DNA of 64,000 bases from an uncultured Gammaproteobacteria bacterium (lineage in GTDB: Bacteria > Patescibacteriota > Patescibacteriia > Magasanikbacterales > GWA2-37-8), in the NCBI GenBank assembly GCA_964511375.1, contig CAZEEW010000001.1:6512-70511 (forward strand). Direction: 5' to 3'. Positions 18,743 to 28,724 of this stretch are shown here, piece by piece; position 1 is the stretch's first letter, and each line of letters starts with the position of its first letter. A program made the translations under genes and the position numbers. The notes beneath the pieces were generated by a model. It searched no databases. It saw only the letters and a list, made by a program, of their open reading frames with translations, and was not told the origin of the DNA.

Positions 18743-18755
18743 CTGGGTCTTTTTA
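18726..18755. terminator. Bidirectional terminator (CCCAGC-aacta-GCTGGG plus T-run)
   Basis: Between convergent genes 17654..18742 (+) and 18762..20054 (-). Confidence 0.6.
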
Positions 18756-18761
18756 AACAGA

Positions 18762-20054
18762 CTATTCTTCAATGTTTAGACCTAGGACTGTCCAGAATAA
18801 AAACGCTAGGTCATTTTTAAAGTATGGCACGTCTACCAAACCATGGACGACCAATACCAGCAGAGAAACAAAAATGGTCGTACCCCAAATTAAGTTTTTC
18901 CTGCGCGCCTCCCTGATTTTGAAAAACCCCCAAACCAAAATACCGGCGATTCCCAACATCCCTAGGAAACCAATTTCTGTCCAAAAATTCAAGAAAATGT
19001 TATGCGGATAAATTATTCGCTCCATTTCCTTAGCTTCAAAAATTGGTTTTTGAATGTCGGCATGAAATCTTCGAATACCGGTACCAAAAATAAAATTAGA
19101 AGGAGATTTAGTTAGGTATTCTTCAGTCACCTGCCACAGTCTTAACCGGTTTTGACTTCCCTTGTCTTTAAATAAAACAGCTTCTCTTAACGGCGCAAAC
19201 AAAATCGCGAAAATAACACCAACCACTGCTAAACCAAGTGCTGTCTTTTTGTAACCAAAACTAATGACTGCAACCCACGCCCCCACCATTAAAGCAATCC
19301 AACCGCCCTGAGAAAAAGAAAAGTATATTGTTACTAAATTAAGAAAAAGTAGAATAAAAAGCAGCAGCGCGATGCCTTCTGCTTTTCTCTCCCAGAATTT
19401 CTTTATTTCGTAAACGACCAAAGGAACAATGGGAACTAAAAACAAACCAACCGCATTTGGCGAAGTAAAAAAAGAGGTGACCCGACCGTTCAAAACATCG
19501 TTCCAGAGACTCGGGGGATACAGAGCAGGAAAAAACTTTTGCGCAAGTCCCATCACCGCAACACTGATCGAAGATAAAACTAAAGAGATAACTAACCAAT
19601 CTTTGTCTACCTCTTCTTTTGCCTTGTCCTTGACAAGACGACCAATTAAAATCATGAAAAACACCATTGGTTCAAAAAAGTAGGCTCGCCACTGTCCGAG
19701 AGCCAAATACGCACCGCGCATGAACACAGCATGGTGGTAGCCAGAGACTACAATAGCACCAAGCGAAGACAGAAATATCACGGCCAGAGAAACAAAGAGT
19801 ATTTTATTATTTCGAAAAAAAACTTTTATCTTCTCCCAATCCTTTCTAAAAAATTTTATTAACCAAACAGCTACCATAGCCAACCACGCTAATTCGAGTA
19901 TGGTCGTTGGCAGCCCTAAAAACTGTAAGCGTATCAGATAGCTGGGCAGCAAAACTATAACGCCCAAAATTGCATAACGAAAATTTATCCAAGCCAGTGT
20001 TGCAAAGCACAAAAAGAATATGCCAGCTAACAAATTAAACATAATAGTTACCAT
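18762..20054 (-). CDS. Polytopic membrane protein, O-antigen ligase/polymerase-like (Wzy_C-type)
   Basis: 430 aa with about 12 TM helices and a large loop. Family call is tentative. Confidence 0.45.
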   Translation of the reverse strand: MVTIMFNLLAGIFFLCFATLAWINFRYAILGVIVLLPSYLIRLQFLGLPTTILELAWLAMVAVWLIKFFRKDWEKIKVFFRNNKILFVSLAVIFLSSLGAIVVSGYHHAVFMRGAYLALGQWRAYFFEPMVFFMILIGRLVKDKAKEEVDKDWLVISLVLSSISVAVMGLAQKFFPALYPPSLWNDVLNGRVTSFFTSPNAVGLFLVPIVPLVVYEIKKFWERKAEGIALLLFILLFLNLVTIYFSFSQGGWIALMVGAWVAVISFGYKKTALGLAVVGVIFAILFAPLREAVLFKDKGSQNRLRLWQVTEEYLTKSPSNFIFGTGIRRFHADIQKPIFEAKEMERIIYPHNIFLNFWTEIGFLGMLGIAGILVWGFFKIREARRKNLIWGTTIFVSLLVLVVHGLVDVPYFKNDLAFLFWTVLGLNIEE

Positions 20055-20599
20055 TTAAACTTTCCACTTTTAATCAATTCGTTAAAACGTATAATGTGGT
20101 AAGCGATAAATTCATTTTCAATAGTTCCGTCTAAAGCCATTTTCACAGCAGTTTTTAGTGGTGTCGGCACTACTTTAATTGGAAACTCCTCGTCGCCTTT
20201 CAAAGGGGCTAAAAACAAATCTTTCGCTGCGAACAAATGAATATTCCAAATAATTATACTACTACCCGACGAGCGAGAATAAAGTTTCTTAAGTTTCTTC
20301 GCATCAAAACCTGTTTCCTCCCGGAGTTCACGGTGGGCGGCTCTCACCGGTGGCTCGTTATTTTTGCGACTTCCGGCCGGTAAAAACCACACACTCTTAC
20401 GATGATCGTGACGATATTCTTTTATAAGCAGGAGGCGTCCTTTTTGATCAAAGGGCAACACCGTTACCGAATCAGGCCGTTCACAATACTCAAATGTCTT
20501 TTCTTCACCATTAGGAAAACCGACCTGTCGTCTTTTTAAAGCAATAAACCTCCCTTGGTAAACTGTTTCCAATTTTCCCATCTTCACCTGTTGCTTCAT
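20048..20599 (-). CDS. NUDIX hydrolase
   Basis: Nudix box GSRKNNEPPVRAAHRELREETGF. Confidence 0.75.
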   Translation of the reverse strand: MKQQVKMGKLETVYQGRFIALKRRQVGFPNGEEKTFEYCERPDSVTVLPFDQKGRLLLIKEYRHDHRKSVWFLPAGSRKNNEPPVRAAHRELREETGFDAKKLKKLYSRSSGSSIIIWNIHLFAAKDLFLAPLKGDEEFPIKVVPTPLKTAVKMALDGTIENEFIAYHIIRFNELIKSGKFKW

Positions 20600-20603
20600 A
20601 TGC

Positions 20604-21533
20604 TTAAGAGACCAAATATATTTCGGTAAAAAGAAACGCTAAATATACCAAAAGCAATACTACCCCTTCCACCCGGCTCAAGCGATTGTCTGTTTTGTAG
20701 AAAATGGCTAATAACCCAAAAAGCATTAACAAAAAAACTGACAATAAAATAAAGCTTTGGCCGCTATCAATAGTCAATGACTTAAAGCTCGCCAAAATAC
20801 CGATTACCAAAGGGTTAGCAATGGCCGAACCAATCAAATGGCTAATTGATAATTCACTTAAGTGCCTCCGCCACGAACGTAAAGTTATTATTATTTCGGG
20901 CAAATTTGTACCAATGGCAAAGATCATTGTGCCAATAAAAAACTGAGAAAGCTTCAACCTGGTTAAAAGATCAACTGACACATCAATGATGTAATGCGAA
21001 ACTACCACCACCGCAATTAAACCTAAAATTATTTTAAATAAATGACGCAGTATTTCTTTCTTCTCTACTTTTTCTAAAATCACCATCTCATGACCTCCCT
21101 TGGTGTAATACATTAATACCACCAACCCTACATAACCTAGTATCAACAACACTCCGTCAATAAAACTATAGACGTTATCCAGACCTAAAACTAGAGTCAA
21201 AAAAAGGTAAAAAAACACTGGAATAATATGCGTAATCTTGCCGTCAGTTCTAATCTTACGGTTCAAGATTATGCTCAAACCAAGCACCAAACCAAAAATT
21301 ACCATGATTCCACCCAAAAGATTCCCAACACTAACTGACTCGATATTATTAATCAAAGAGTTGATGCCCAAAGCTGTTTCTGGCGCAGAAGTAAATAAAC
21401 CTAATAGTAAACCGAGGAAAAAAACCTTTATCCCCAATTTAGCCCCTGTTGCCCTTAGATTTACCACCACCAAATCTGCTGCCCAACCAAGAAGTAAAAA
21501 AAGAATTAGGAGCAATATTGAATCAATCAACAT
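20604..21533 (-). CDS. Na+/Ca2+ exchanger (CaCA/YrbG-like) family membrane protein
   Basis: Alpha-repeat-like GLFTSAPETALGI. Tandem with a second CaCA gene. Confidence 0.6.
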   Translation of the reverse strand: MLIDSILLLILFLLLGWAADLVVVNLRATGAKLGIKVFFLGLLLGLFTSAPETALGINSLINNIESVSVGNLLGGIMVIFGLVLGLSIILNRKIRTDGKITHIIPVFFYLFLTLVLGLDNVYSFIDGVLLILGYVGLVVLMYYTKGGHEMVILEKVEKKEILRHLFKIILGLIAVVVVSHYIIDVSVDLLTRLKLSQFFIGTMIFAIGTNLPEIIITLRSWRRHLSELSISHLIGSAIANPLVIGILASFKSLTIDSGQSFILLSVFLLMLFGLLAIFYKTDNRLSRVEGVVLLLVYLAFLFTEIYLVS

Positions 21534-21534
21534 A

Positions 21535-22488
21535 CTACCCTCTAATAATTAAATATATTGTATAAATAATATACAAAACAACAAAAGTCACTCCTTGCCA
21601 CCGGTTGATTTTGTGCCTAGTATGAATAAACATAAACACAAACAGTAACACAGTAGCCACTAAGGCGACTAAGGCGTCAATATTGGTGGCTGGATTAAAC
21701 GGCATCTGCATTACCGAACCGGTCAAACCTAAAATCCAGAAGACATTAAAAATGTTAGAGCCCACAATATTACCCACCGCAATATCATTTTTATGCCTAT
21801 AAGCTGCCACAGCTGAAGTAGCCAACTCTGGCAAAGAAGTACCAACCGCTACCACCGTTAAACCAATCAATGCTTCAGACAATCCAGCCAAGCGTGCCAC
21901 TACGACAGCATTGTCTACTAAAAGTTTACCCCCATAAAACAAGGCTGCGAGCCCTAGCCCCGTAAACAGTAAAGAAATTGGCCAAGAATATAATTTTACA
22001 TCTTCGCTCTCACCCTCCGTTTTGGCAGTTCCAAAAATGTAATACATGAAAATTGCAAACATGGCTAACAAAGCCAAACCGTCCGTCCTGGTAATTGCAT
22101 TATAACCGACGCCATCCAAAAAGGCGTCGTTGCCCATGATAAAAACCAAAAACATTGCTAGAAGTGCAAACGGAATTTCTTTCCAAACCGTGTTGCTTTT
22201 TACCGCCAAAGGGTAAATGATCGCGGAGATACCAAGTATTAAAAGAATATTAGCGATATTACTACCCACAATGTTTCCAACTGCTATGTCTGCCGTACCA
22301 CGAAAGGCGGCAATCATATTTACCACGAGCTCTGGCATTGATGTGCCAAAAGCTACCACCGTTAAACCTATGGTCAATTCAGAAATCCCAGCCCTCTTGG
22401 CGATGGAGGAGGCGCCGCGCACTAAAAATTCGGCACCAGCGATTAACACTATCAAACCTAGGATAATTAAAATAATGAAGATGAGCAT
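21535..22488 (-). CDS. Na+/Ca2+ exchanger (CaCA/YrbG-like) family membrane protein
   Basis: Alpha repeats GTSMPELVV and GTSLPELATS. Confidence 0.75.
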   Translation of the reverse strand: MLIFIILIILGLIVLIAGAEFLVRGASSIAKRAGISELTIGLTVVAFGTSMPELVVNMIAAFRGTADIAVGNIVGSNIANILLILGISAIIYPLAVKSNTVWKEIPFALLAMFLVFIMGNDAFLDGVGYNAITRTDGLALLAMFAIFMYYIFGTAKTEGESEDVKLYSWPISLLFTGLGLAALFYGGKLLVDNAVVVARLAGLSEALIGLTVVAVGTSLPELATSAVAAYRHKNDIAVGNIVGSNIFNVFWILGLTGSVMQMPFNPATNIDALVALVATVLLFVFMFIHTRHKINRWQGVTFVVLYIIYTIYLIIRG

Positions 22489-22491
22489 AAC

Positions 22492-23442
22492 CTATTTTTC
22501 TAAAGTAATTACTTCACCAAACTCCTTTTTATACCTTTCGCAAAATTCTTCCTTGGTAAACGTGTGGGTTTGAGTGCCCATGTTTTCTATCGAATAACAG
22601 GCCGCCAAGCTTCCCATTTGCGCACAGGTTTTCCATGGATACCCCAGCTCATAACCAGCAAAAAATCCCGCACGATAAGCATCCCCTGCCCCGGTTGGGT
22701 CATCATAGGATAAAGGCGGGCAAGCCGGGACCTCCACCGCATCTCCCTCGGCTGTTAAAACCAGAGAACCCTTGTCTCCTCGAGTAATCACGATTACTTT
22801 GGTATTTTTTAACATTTCCTCAGAATTCCATCCAACTTTTTCTTCTAGACGTTTTATTTCGTAATCATTCCCGATGACAAAATGTGATTGGCTTATCATC
22901 TTTTTTAGTTCTATCTCCGTAAAATTCTCCAGCTGTTGGCTCGGATCGAAAACTGCTTTTATTCCTAATTCAGCACACTCCTTCAGATGGTTAATCATGG
23001 TTTCTTTGTCTGTTGAAGAAACAATCGCCAGACCAGGTTTTTCCTTCACATTATGCAAAGATATTTCTCGAGTTAAAGTTAAGGCACCAACATGCAGGGC
23101 AGTTAATTCATTATTGTCCGCATCAGTTAAAATATATGCCGAAGCCGTAGGAATTCCTTTCGAAGTTACAACATTATCTACAATAATATTCTTTTCCTTT
23201 AAATATTTCCGATATTCATAGCCGTCATTACCTAAGGCTGAAATTACCATCGGCTCAATTCCTAATAATTTTAAGGTATACGCAATATTACCAGCCGTGC
23301 CTCCTCGACTTTGCCGGGGCTTTTCAATGTTGAAATTAAGATCCAAAACATGCTCTCCTTCTAGCTTCAGGTGATTTCGAAAACTGTCAGGAAAGTTCAA
23401 AATGTGATCATAGGTCAATGACCCGGAAATTAAAATTGCCAT
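22492..23442 (-). CDS. PfkB-family carbohydrate/nucleoside kinase (ribokinase/adenosine kinase-like)
   Basis: GGTAGNIAY near N-terminus and DPTGAGDAYRAGF near C-terminus. Confidence 0.8.
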   Translation of the reverse strand: MAILISGSLTYDHILNFPDSFRNHLKLEGEHVLDLNFNIEKPRQSRGGTAGNIAYTLKLLGIEPMVISALGNDGYEYRKYLKEKNIIVDNVVTSKGIPTASAYILTDADNNELTALHVGALTLTREISLHNVKEKPGLAIVSSTDKETMINHLKECAELGIKAVFDPSQQLENFTEIELKKMISQSHFVIGNDYEIKRLEEKVGWNSEEMLKNTKVIVITRGDKGSLVLTAEGDAVEVPACPPLSYDDPTGAGDAYRAGFFAGYELGYPWKTCAQMGSLAACYSIENMGTQTHTFTKEEFCERYKKEFGEVITLEK

Positions 23443-23530
23443 AACATCAAGTTAAAAGTTATGGCTATAATATAACAAAAAAACTAATTAATGTCTATAA
23501 ATATGCTCCACCAAGTTGATCTTAAGGCTC

Positions 23531-23559
23531 TTGACAAATGCAACTAAGTTGCGTATACT
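23531..23559 (+). promoter_or_regulatory. Consensus promoter TTGACA-17-TATACT with embedded Fur-box-like palindrome GCAACT-a-AGTTGC (23540..23552)
   Basis: Read directly. Immediately upstream of the Fur/Zur-family gene, suggesting autoregulation. Confidence 0.55.
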
Positions 23560-23565
23560 TATGCC

Positions 23566-23982
23566 ATGGCCAAACATAATATTTCCCAACAACTTAAACA
23601 GCGCGGCTTCCGTCTCACGCCTAAACGGGAGTTTATTGTTAATATCCTGGCCGAACTGGGGAAACCGATTTCCGTACCCGAATTACAATCACTATTAATG
23701 AATGAGAAAATAAACATAAATAAGACCACCGTCTACCGAGAATTATATTTCCTTCGCGACGAAGGGATTGTCAGCGAAGTGCAGCTAGGAAAAAATAAAA
23801 AATATTATGAAATTTCGCACAACCACCATCATCATCTAATTTGTACAAAGTGCGAATCAATTAGTGATATTGAGCTCGATAATGATTTAAAAGATACAGA
23901 ACAAAAGATTAAGAAAAACAATAAATTTTTAGTTTTAAACCATTCTTTAGAATTTTTCGGTTTATGCCGGAATTGTCAATAA
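23566..23982 (+). CDS. zur: Fur-family metalloregulator (Zur-like)
   Basis: Fur fold with HHHH...CxxC...CxxC metal sites. Co-operonic with a ZIP transporter. Confidence 0.75.
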   Translation: MAKHNISQQLKQRGFRLTPKREFIVNILAELGKPISVPELQSLLMNEKININKTTVYRELYFLRDEGIVSEVQLGKNKKYYEISHNHHHHLICTKCESISDIELDNDLKDTEQKIKKNNKFLVLNHSLEFFGLCRNCQ

Positions 23983-23983
23983 T

Positions 23984-24727
23984 ATGAATACGATTACTTA
24001 TTCCCTTTTAAGCGTCGGCGTAATTAGTTTAATTGCTCTCATCGGTATCAGTTTTCTATCTTTCCAAGAGGAAAAACTAAAAAAAATCCTGCTGTACATG
24101 GTCAGCTTTTCAGCTGGCGCCTTGTTCGCCGATGCTTTTATTCATCTTTTGCCTGAAGCTTTAGAGGAACATGGCGGAATTCGCATACCCCTATTTGTTA
24201 TCGCCGGCATATTAGTTTCCTTAATTCTTGAAAAATATATCCACTGGCGTCACTGCCATCTTCCGGAAACTAATGGACATACCCACCCCTTTGCTCTTAT
24301 GAACCTGTTTGGTGACGGTCTACATAACTTTATTGACGGTATGATCATCGCCGCTTCTTACTTGGTAAGCATCCCAGCTGGGATCGCCACGACAGTAGCG
24401 GTCATTTTCCACGAAATCCCTCAAGAAGTCGGCGATTTTGGAGTACTCTTACATGGGGGATTTAATAAAAAGAAGGCAATTATTTTAAATTTCCTTACTG
24501 CTCTTACAGCCGTTGTTGGTGCTGTTGTTGCGCTCTATGTTAATCACTTTACTCCTGTCTTCACCACCTTTCTTGTGCCCTTTGCCGCTGGTACTTTTAT
24601 TTACATTGCTGGTGCCGACCTTATCCCTGAACTACATAAGGAAACAGAAGGTAAAAAAAGTTTCTGGCAGATACTTTCCTTCTGTTTAGGCGTAGCCATA
24701 ATCTCTGGACTAGTGTTCTTTGAGTAA
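23984..24727 (+). CDS. zupT: ZIP-family zinc transporter (ZupT-like)
   Basis: HEIPQEVGDFGVL signature, about 8 TM helices. Confidence 0.8.
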   Translation: MNTITYSLLSVGVISLIALIGISFLSFQEEKLKKILLYMVSFSAGALFADAFIHLLPEALEEHGGIRIPLFVIAGILVSLILEKYIHWRHCHLPETNGHTHPFALMNLFGDGLHNFIDGMIIAASYLVSIPAGIATTVAVIFHEIPQEVGDFGVLLHGGFNKKKAIILNFLTALTAVVGAVVALYVNHFTPVFTTFLVPFAAGTFIYIAGADLIPELHKETEGKKSFWQILSFCLGVAIISGLVFFE

Positions 24728-24742
24728 CTTTAACAAGTATTT

Positions 24743-24772
24743 AAAAACCTGGGTTAGAGCCCAGGTTTTTAA
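24743..24772. terminator. Bidirectional terminator (CCTGGG-ttagag-CCCAGG with A-run and T-run)
   Basis: Between zupT (+) and copA (-). Confidence 0.65.
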
Positions 24773-24837
24773 TTAAACTAGTTTATTTAACACTAAACAT
24801 CCGGCTGATTTTTGTCATTACAATCATTAACCTGCGA

Positions 24838-27800
24838 CTATTTATTTATTTCAAACCCTGGCCCAACAAAATGCATGGCATCAAGAATCGTTTGGGTTTC
24901 TGGTAATATTCCGGCGACCATTACATTGTTACCAAAAAAATTCTCAATAACATCACCTACTTTGCTAAACAGTTTGCTCTCAATCATCGTTTTTGCCTCG
25001 CTTGAACCAATATATACTGGTAAGTACTGCTCACCACCCAGGTTAACAATGTCAAAGCCTTGGATGTCATTTTTAAGTTTTTGTGGGACAGGGCGAGAAC
25101 CATTAGGTAATTCCGTGGGTATCGTAGTTGATAGGCCGGATGCAGGAAGAATGAAATAGAAGCTCTTTATTATCTCCCCCTCCGCCACATGTTTAATCGA
25201 TGCAGAGTTCATCATCTTCGCTAAGGTGGCATTGTTTAGGAAGTGATACTTATCGATCAAAGTACCAGTCGGTTCGAGTATCCCAACAACCCTAACGCTT
25301 GGTAAGCCAAAGAAGTTTGTTAAACTATCCCCAGCACCTTTAATAAGACCTTCCTCTTTCATCATCATGGCTTCATCGTAACCAATTACCATTTCGTTAT
25401 TACCCAGGGCCAAGGCACCTTCACTGGCTTTTAGCATGCCGGGTAAATTTTCTGTACCCAAGAACAACTTAGGGTCACCACTCGCAAAATAAATTTTGGT
25501 TTGTCCGTTAGCAATAAAAGTATTAAAGATTGCGGCGTTCTCAGCTGATACAGTACCGCTCATACCCCGGCTTTCCATGCCTGAACTAAGTTTAGCAAAC
25601 TGGAAAAAGCCCAAAGTAAATACCACTACCATAACTAACGGGGCAACTAGTGAAAAATAGTTTCTTTTATCTGGTTTGAAAAAACGCAACAACAAAGAAT
25701 TTCCCACTACCGAAATAGAACTCAAAGCCATGGCCAAACCCGCAAGCTCGGGTTTCAACACTAAACCTAAGCCAACAAACACACGAGCAGCAATCGGGAT
25801 GCCTACCACATTGTAAAACAAAGCAAAAAACATGTTCTGCTTAATTTTCGTTAGGGTCTCTCTAGAAAGCTGTATGGCGTGCACAACATCACTTAAATCG
25901 TTTCTCATTACTACTACCCCACCAGTTTCCATTGCCACGTCAGTACCACTGCCCATAGCAATCCCAAGATTGGCTTGGGCCAAAGCTGGGGCGTCGTTGA
26001 TTCCATCACCAACCATAGCAACTTTCTTGCCAGACTCTTGCAATTTTTTTACTTCTTTTGCTTTGTCCTCCGGTGGCACTTCAGCCAAAATATTTTTTAT
26101 ACCTACCTGAAGAGCAATCGCCTGCGCGGTCCGTTCGTTATCGCCAGTAATCATGTAAACTTCTACTCCCATTTTCTGCAGTTTTTCTACTGCTTGCTTT
26201 GAGGTTTCCTTTACGGTATCTGCTACAGAAATTATACCCAACACCCCTTCCTCACTCCCGAGAAGCATGGCAGTTTTGCCATTTTCTTCTAGACGAATTA
26301 ATTTTCGATTAGCATCCCCCACTTCGAGATTGGCCACCTCAGTCATCATCTTCCGATTACCAAAGTAATATAACTTACCCTGAATTTGTCCCTGCACACC
26401 GTAACCAGGTACGGCTTTAAAGTTTTCAACCTCTACTAAGGCGACTCCCTCTTCCCTAGCATAGGCATAGATGGCTTCAGCCAAAGGATGCTCAGATAGT
26501 TTCTCTAGGCTAGCGACAACAGATAAGATATCGTCCTCATCTCTACCACCTAAAGTTATTACATCCGTTACTTCTGGTTTACCTTTAGTCAAGGTACCAG
26601 TCTTATCAAAGACAATGGCATTTACTTTACAAGCAGTCTCTAATGGTTCTCCGCCTTTAACAAGAATACCGTTTTCCGCCCCCTTGCCCGTACCTACCAT
26701 AATAGCGGTCGGTGTTGCTAGACCCAAAGCGCACGGACAGGCAATAACAATTACCGAAGTGAAGGCCATGAGCGAGAAAGCCAACGAAGCGCCGAGAAAG
26801 AAGTACCAAACTATAAATGTTAGGGCAGCCAAAACCAAAACGATTGGGACAAACTTAGCAGAAATTTTATCTGCAAAGTCCTGAATTGGAGCCTTGCTTC
26901 CTTGCGCCTCTTCGACCAAACGAATAATTTGCGCCAAGACCGTTTCACTACCTACTTTGGTAACTGTAAAATCAAAACTGCCGGTTTTGTTTATCGTGCC
27001 GCCGACCACATTATCTCCTGCTTTTTTCTCTACCGGAATACTTTCGCCCGTTACCATGGACTCATCGATCGCGGAAGCACCACGGACAACCGTTCCGTCA
27101 ACCGGAACTTTTTCTCCTGGCCGGACAATCACCACGTCTCCCCTGACCACTTCATCAATGGAAATATCTTTAGCAACTCCATCTCGAATTACGCGAGCCG
27201 TCTTAGCTTGGAGTCCCATCAATTTTTTAATTGATTCTGAAGTTTTCCCTTTCGTTCGAGCTTCTAACCACTTACCTAAAATTACAAAAGTAATAAGAAA
27301 AGCAGCGGTTTCAAAATACAAATCAGGTATTTTTTCTCCGTTTAAACCAGTGATTGAATTATTAGTAATAGCATAAATTATAAAAACGGCGAGACTATAA
27401 AAGAAGGCGGTTGAGGTCCCAATTGCAATCAAACTGTCCATATTAAAAGTCCTCATGCGCAAAGCGGACCACATACCTCTATAAAATCCTCGCCCAATCA
27501 CGAACTGGATCGGGGCAGCCAAAACCAAAGAAACGACTCCGATATATGGCATTAAAAAAGCTCTCGCCGGTAACCAAGCAAAGAAATCCAAAAACATGAA
27601 ATACAACATCGGAGAACTCAAGATGGCACTAAAAAGAAACTTCCTAAAATAAGATTTCATTTCCACTTCCCGCTTCTTACTTTCCCACTCCGTATCCTTA
27701 ACATCAATTTCTTCGGCTTGATAACCTGCTTTCTTAACCGCGGACTTTAATTCCCCAATTTCCACCCCTCCCAATAAGGTAACCGTAGCTTTTTCTGAAG

Positions 27801-28476
27801 CAAAGTTGACGATGGCCTCTTTAACCCCGGGAACTTTCTTAAGTGATCGTTCAATAATCCCCGCACAACTAGCACAGTGCATTCCGGAGATGGCTAAATT
27901 TAACCTTGTTTGCTGTTCCTTGCTTTTTGAATCGGGAAGGGGCGTATTAACAATGGATCCGGCTTCGGGCTTGGGCCCATCTTTTGGAGAAGCCGTGCCC
28001 TCAAAAGTATTATTTAAAAACTGAGTACTTTTAAATAATTCAATCCAGTGCTTTTTTGAAACCTCTTGCCCTTTTGGCAATCTAATCTCCGCTACTTTCC
28101 GGTTTTTTAACTTTCCCTCAAAGTAGGATTTGCCCTTTTCGTCTTCTCTTACCCTACCTTCGGCTTCAGTGCTGGAATCTATTTTTAAAGAAACCGGCTC
28201 ACCTACTTCAGCTTCCTCAAAGCTCACCTTTAACCCGGTTGATTCGTGTCCTGGATTTTTTGTAACTACTTCAGAAACATATCCAGCCCGAGTAACTGCC
28301 GCAACCAAGTCTGCATCAGTCACCTGATTAAGGTCGGCCGTTACACTTGCTTTTCTGTCAACGAAGGATACTGTGGCGTCTTGTACTCCAGGCACATTTC
28401 TTAGTTCGTCAGTAATAATTGCCTCACAAGACTTACAGTGCATTCCTTCGATTTTTAACTCAACTTTTTTTTCCAT
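24838..28476 (-). CDS. copA: Copper-translocating P1B-type ATPase with two N-terminal HMA domains and a non-canonical C-terminal extension (extra TM helix plus about 260-aa domain)
   Basis: GMHCxSC twice, [25 protein letters not shown]. At 1212 aa it is about 300 aa longer than typical CopA. Confidence 0.85.
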   Translation of the reverse strand: MEKKVELKIEGMHCKSCEAIITDELRNVPGVQDATVSFVDRKASVTADLNQVTDADLVAAVTRAGYVSEVVTKNPGHESTGLKVSFEEAEVGEPVSLKIDSSTEAEGRVREDEKGKSYFEGKLKNRKVAEIRLPKGQEVSKKHWIELFKSTQFLNNTFEGTASPKDGPKPEAGSIVNTPLPDSKSKEQQTRLNLAISGMHCASCAGIIERSLKKVPGVKEAIVNFASEKATVTLLGGVEIGELKSAVKKAGYQAEEIDVKDTEWESKKREVEMKSYFRKFLFSAILSSPMLYFMFLDFFAWLPARAFLMPYIGVVSLVLAAPIQFVIGRGFYRGMWSALRMRTFNMDSLIAIGTSTAFFYSLAVFIIYAITNNSITGLNGEKIPDLYFETAAFLITFVILGKWLEARTKGKTSESIKKLMGLQAKTARVIRDGVAKDISIDEVVRGDVVIVRPGEKVPVDGTVVRGASAIDESMVTGESIPVEKKAGDNVVGGTINKTGSFDFTVTKVGSETVLAQIIRLVEEAQGSKAPIQDFADKISAKFVPIVLVLAALTFIVWYFFLGASLAFSLMAFTSVIVIACPCALGLATPTAIMVGTGKGAENGILVKGGEPLETACKVNAIVFDKTGTLTKGKPEVTDVITLGGRDEDDILSVVASLEKLSEHPLAEAIYAYAREEGVALVEVENFKAVPGYGVQGQIQGKLYYFGNRKMMTEVANLEVGDANRKLIRLEENGKTAMLLGSEEGVLGIISVADTVKETSKQAVEKLQKMGVEVYMITGDNERTAQAIALQVGIKNILAEVPPEDKAKEVKKLQESGKKVAMVGDGINDAPALAQANLGIAMGSGTDVAMETGGVVVMRNDLSDVVHAIQLSRETLTKIKQNMFFALFYNVVGIPIAARVFVGLGLVLKPELAGLAMALSSISVVGNSLLLRFFKPDKRNYFSLVAPLVMVVVFTLGFFQFAKLSSGMESRGMSGTVSAENAAIFNTFIANGQTKIYFASGDPKLFLGTENLPGMLKASEGALALGNNEMVIGYDEAMMMKEEGLIKGAGDSLTNFFGLPSVRVVGILEPTGTLIDKYHFLNNATLAKMMNSASIKHVAEGEIIKSFYFILPASGLSTTIPTELPNGSRPVPQKLKNDIQGFDIVNLGGEQYLPVYIGSSEAKTMIESKLFSKVGDVIENFFGNNVMVAGILPETQTILDAMHFVGPGFEINK

Positions 28477-28487
28477 ATCCTTAATAT

Positions 28488-28712
28488 TTAATTCGGTTGT
28501 AAAATATCCACTTGGTAGGGTAAACCATTTAGAGCTTTCTTTACATCTTCTAGACTAATCTCATGAGTAGATTCTAATTGTCCGCCCGCTTCAGAACCGT
28601 TCCTTTCCAGACTCACTTTTTCCACTCCAGCAATCTTTTCAATTTTCGACTGAGAGACTTTAACGCAGGCATCACAATTCAAATTAGATAATTTAATTTT
28701 GTAAGTTGTCAT
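28488..28712 (-). CDS. copZ: HMA-domain copper chaperone (CopZ-like)
   Basis: 74 aa with a single CDAC metal-binding motif in ferredoxin-like fold context. Confidence 0.65.
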   Translation of the reverse strand: MTTYKIKLSNLNCDACVKVSQSKIEKIAGVEKVSLERNGSEAGGQLESTHEISLEDVKKALNGLPYQVDILQPN

Positions 28713-28724
28713 ATGTATATTAAG

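Noticed and set aside
20604-22488. Tandem CaCA exchanger genes as a single split gene
   Set aside because: Each ORF is full length (about 310 aa) with its own pair of alpha-repeat-like segments. The 1-nt spacing fits translational coupling of two paralogs, not a frameshifted single gene.
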